From Octopus sinensis (taxonomy: Eukaryota): 64,000 nucleotides of DNA. The notes beneath the pieces were generated by a model, which was given only the letters and a program-made list of their open reading frames with translations, ran no database searches and had not been told where the DNA came from. The translations under genes were made by a program, and so were the position numbers. Where the stretch lies: the NCBI RefSeq assembly GCF_006345805.1, contig NC_043006.1, forward strand, positions 64,852,001 to 64,916,000, read 5' to 3'. This document shows, one piece after another, positions 63,301 through 64,000 of this stretch (positions are counted from its first letter, which is position 1; each line of letters starts with the position of its first letter).

Positions 63301-64000
63301 TCTCTCTCTCCTGTGGCATCACGATTCTCTCTCACACACTGTCTTGCAATATGAAACACTTCAATTCTCTGGTCCTCACAACGCAGAACATTTAAATTGT
63401 TTGTGTAACAGAACTCCAGGAGTCTTGCACATTTTTTATTCCCTGTGTCATATTCATAGCCATTACAGAGAGCTGCTCAAAATGTCCATTAATGTCCCTC
63501 ACTTTGTTATGAAATTGATTTCATTATTGAGGTGGTCTGCAACAGATTCTTAGTGAAATGGTTCATTTGCTCATCTGTCAGTCCCAGTTATGATACATAA
63601 GCAGAGATAGTTGCTATTGTGACTATGACTAGTCCTAAGTTAACTATTCTCTCCTATACTTTGGCTACTTTATCTACTTCTCTGTCAGTATCATATCCTC
63701 TTCTCCCTGCCTAGAAAAATTTATACTGTGCTCTTTGCCTGTGAGCAGTCAGGTTGTGGCTCACATGCATCTCACCTCTTGTACACAACAATCATCTATT
63801 TAATCATCAGCTCTAGTATCTCAACAATCTTTCAAACCTGCCTTTCGTTGTACCAACACTGACAGTGGCAACTCTGAATTGTTTTACTTGACAAAAAAGT
63901 AGAGAATATCCAATAGTGATTCAGGTGTTATGTTTTGTCTTTTACTTGTTTCAGTCTTTGGACTGGGGCCTTGTTGGAACATTGCCTTGAAGGCTTTTAG

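Noticed and set aside
60380-64000. Further CLP1 exons
   Set aside because: No segment encoding the expected G.AEIFGTEL continuation was found; the region is mainly LINE and SINE sequence

Overview
AT-rich, intron- and repeat-rich animal genomic DNA. The (CAT)n-tailed retroposons and tRNA/CORE-type SINEs resemble those I recall from octopod cephalopods; that taxon is an inference. Most of the supplied ORFs are spurious. The window holds one complete minus-strand gene, a DNAJB6-like Hsp40 co-chaperone with 7 coding exons (7353-33352; 840 nt, 279 aa; all phases and GT-AG sites checked by hand) and a non-coding first exon ending at 58137. Head-to-head with it lie the first two coding exons of a CLP1-like RNA kinase (58794 onward). 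The introns carry a full-length but decayed Chapaev3 DNA transposon (25187-27617, TIRs and TTA TSD), hAT MITEs, RTE and CR1-type LINE remnants and many SINEs. Downstream of the gene is a Penelope-like insert with a decayed minimal hammerhead ribozyme. The best second-look items are: a putative internal HSE+HSE+TATA promoter; a 670-bp foldback palindrome and a 40-bp pre-miRNA-like hairpin in the DNAJB6 pre-mRNA; a skippable Arg/His/polyQ exon inside the G/F region; and the hammerhead relic. I found no convincing wholly new multi-gene system.
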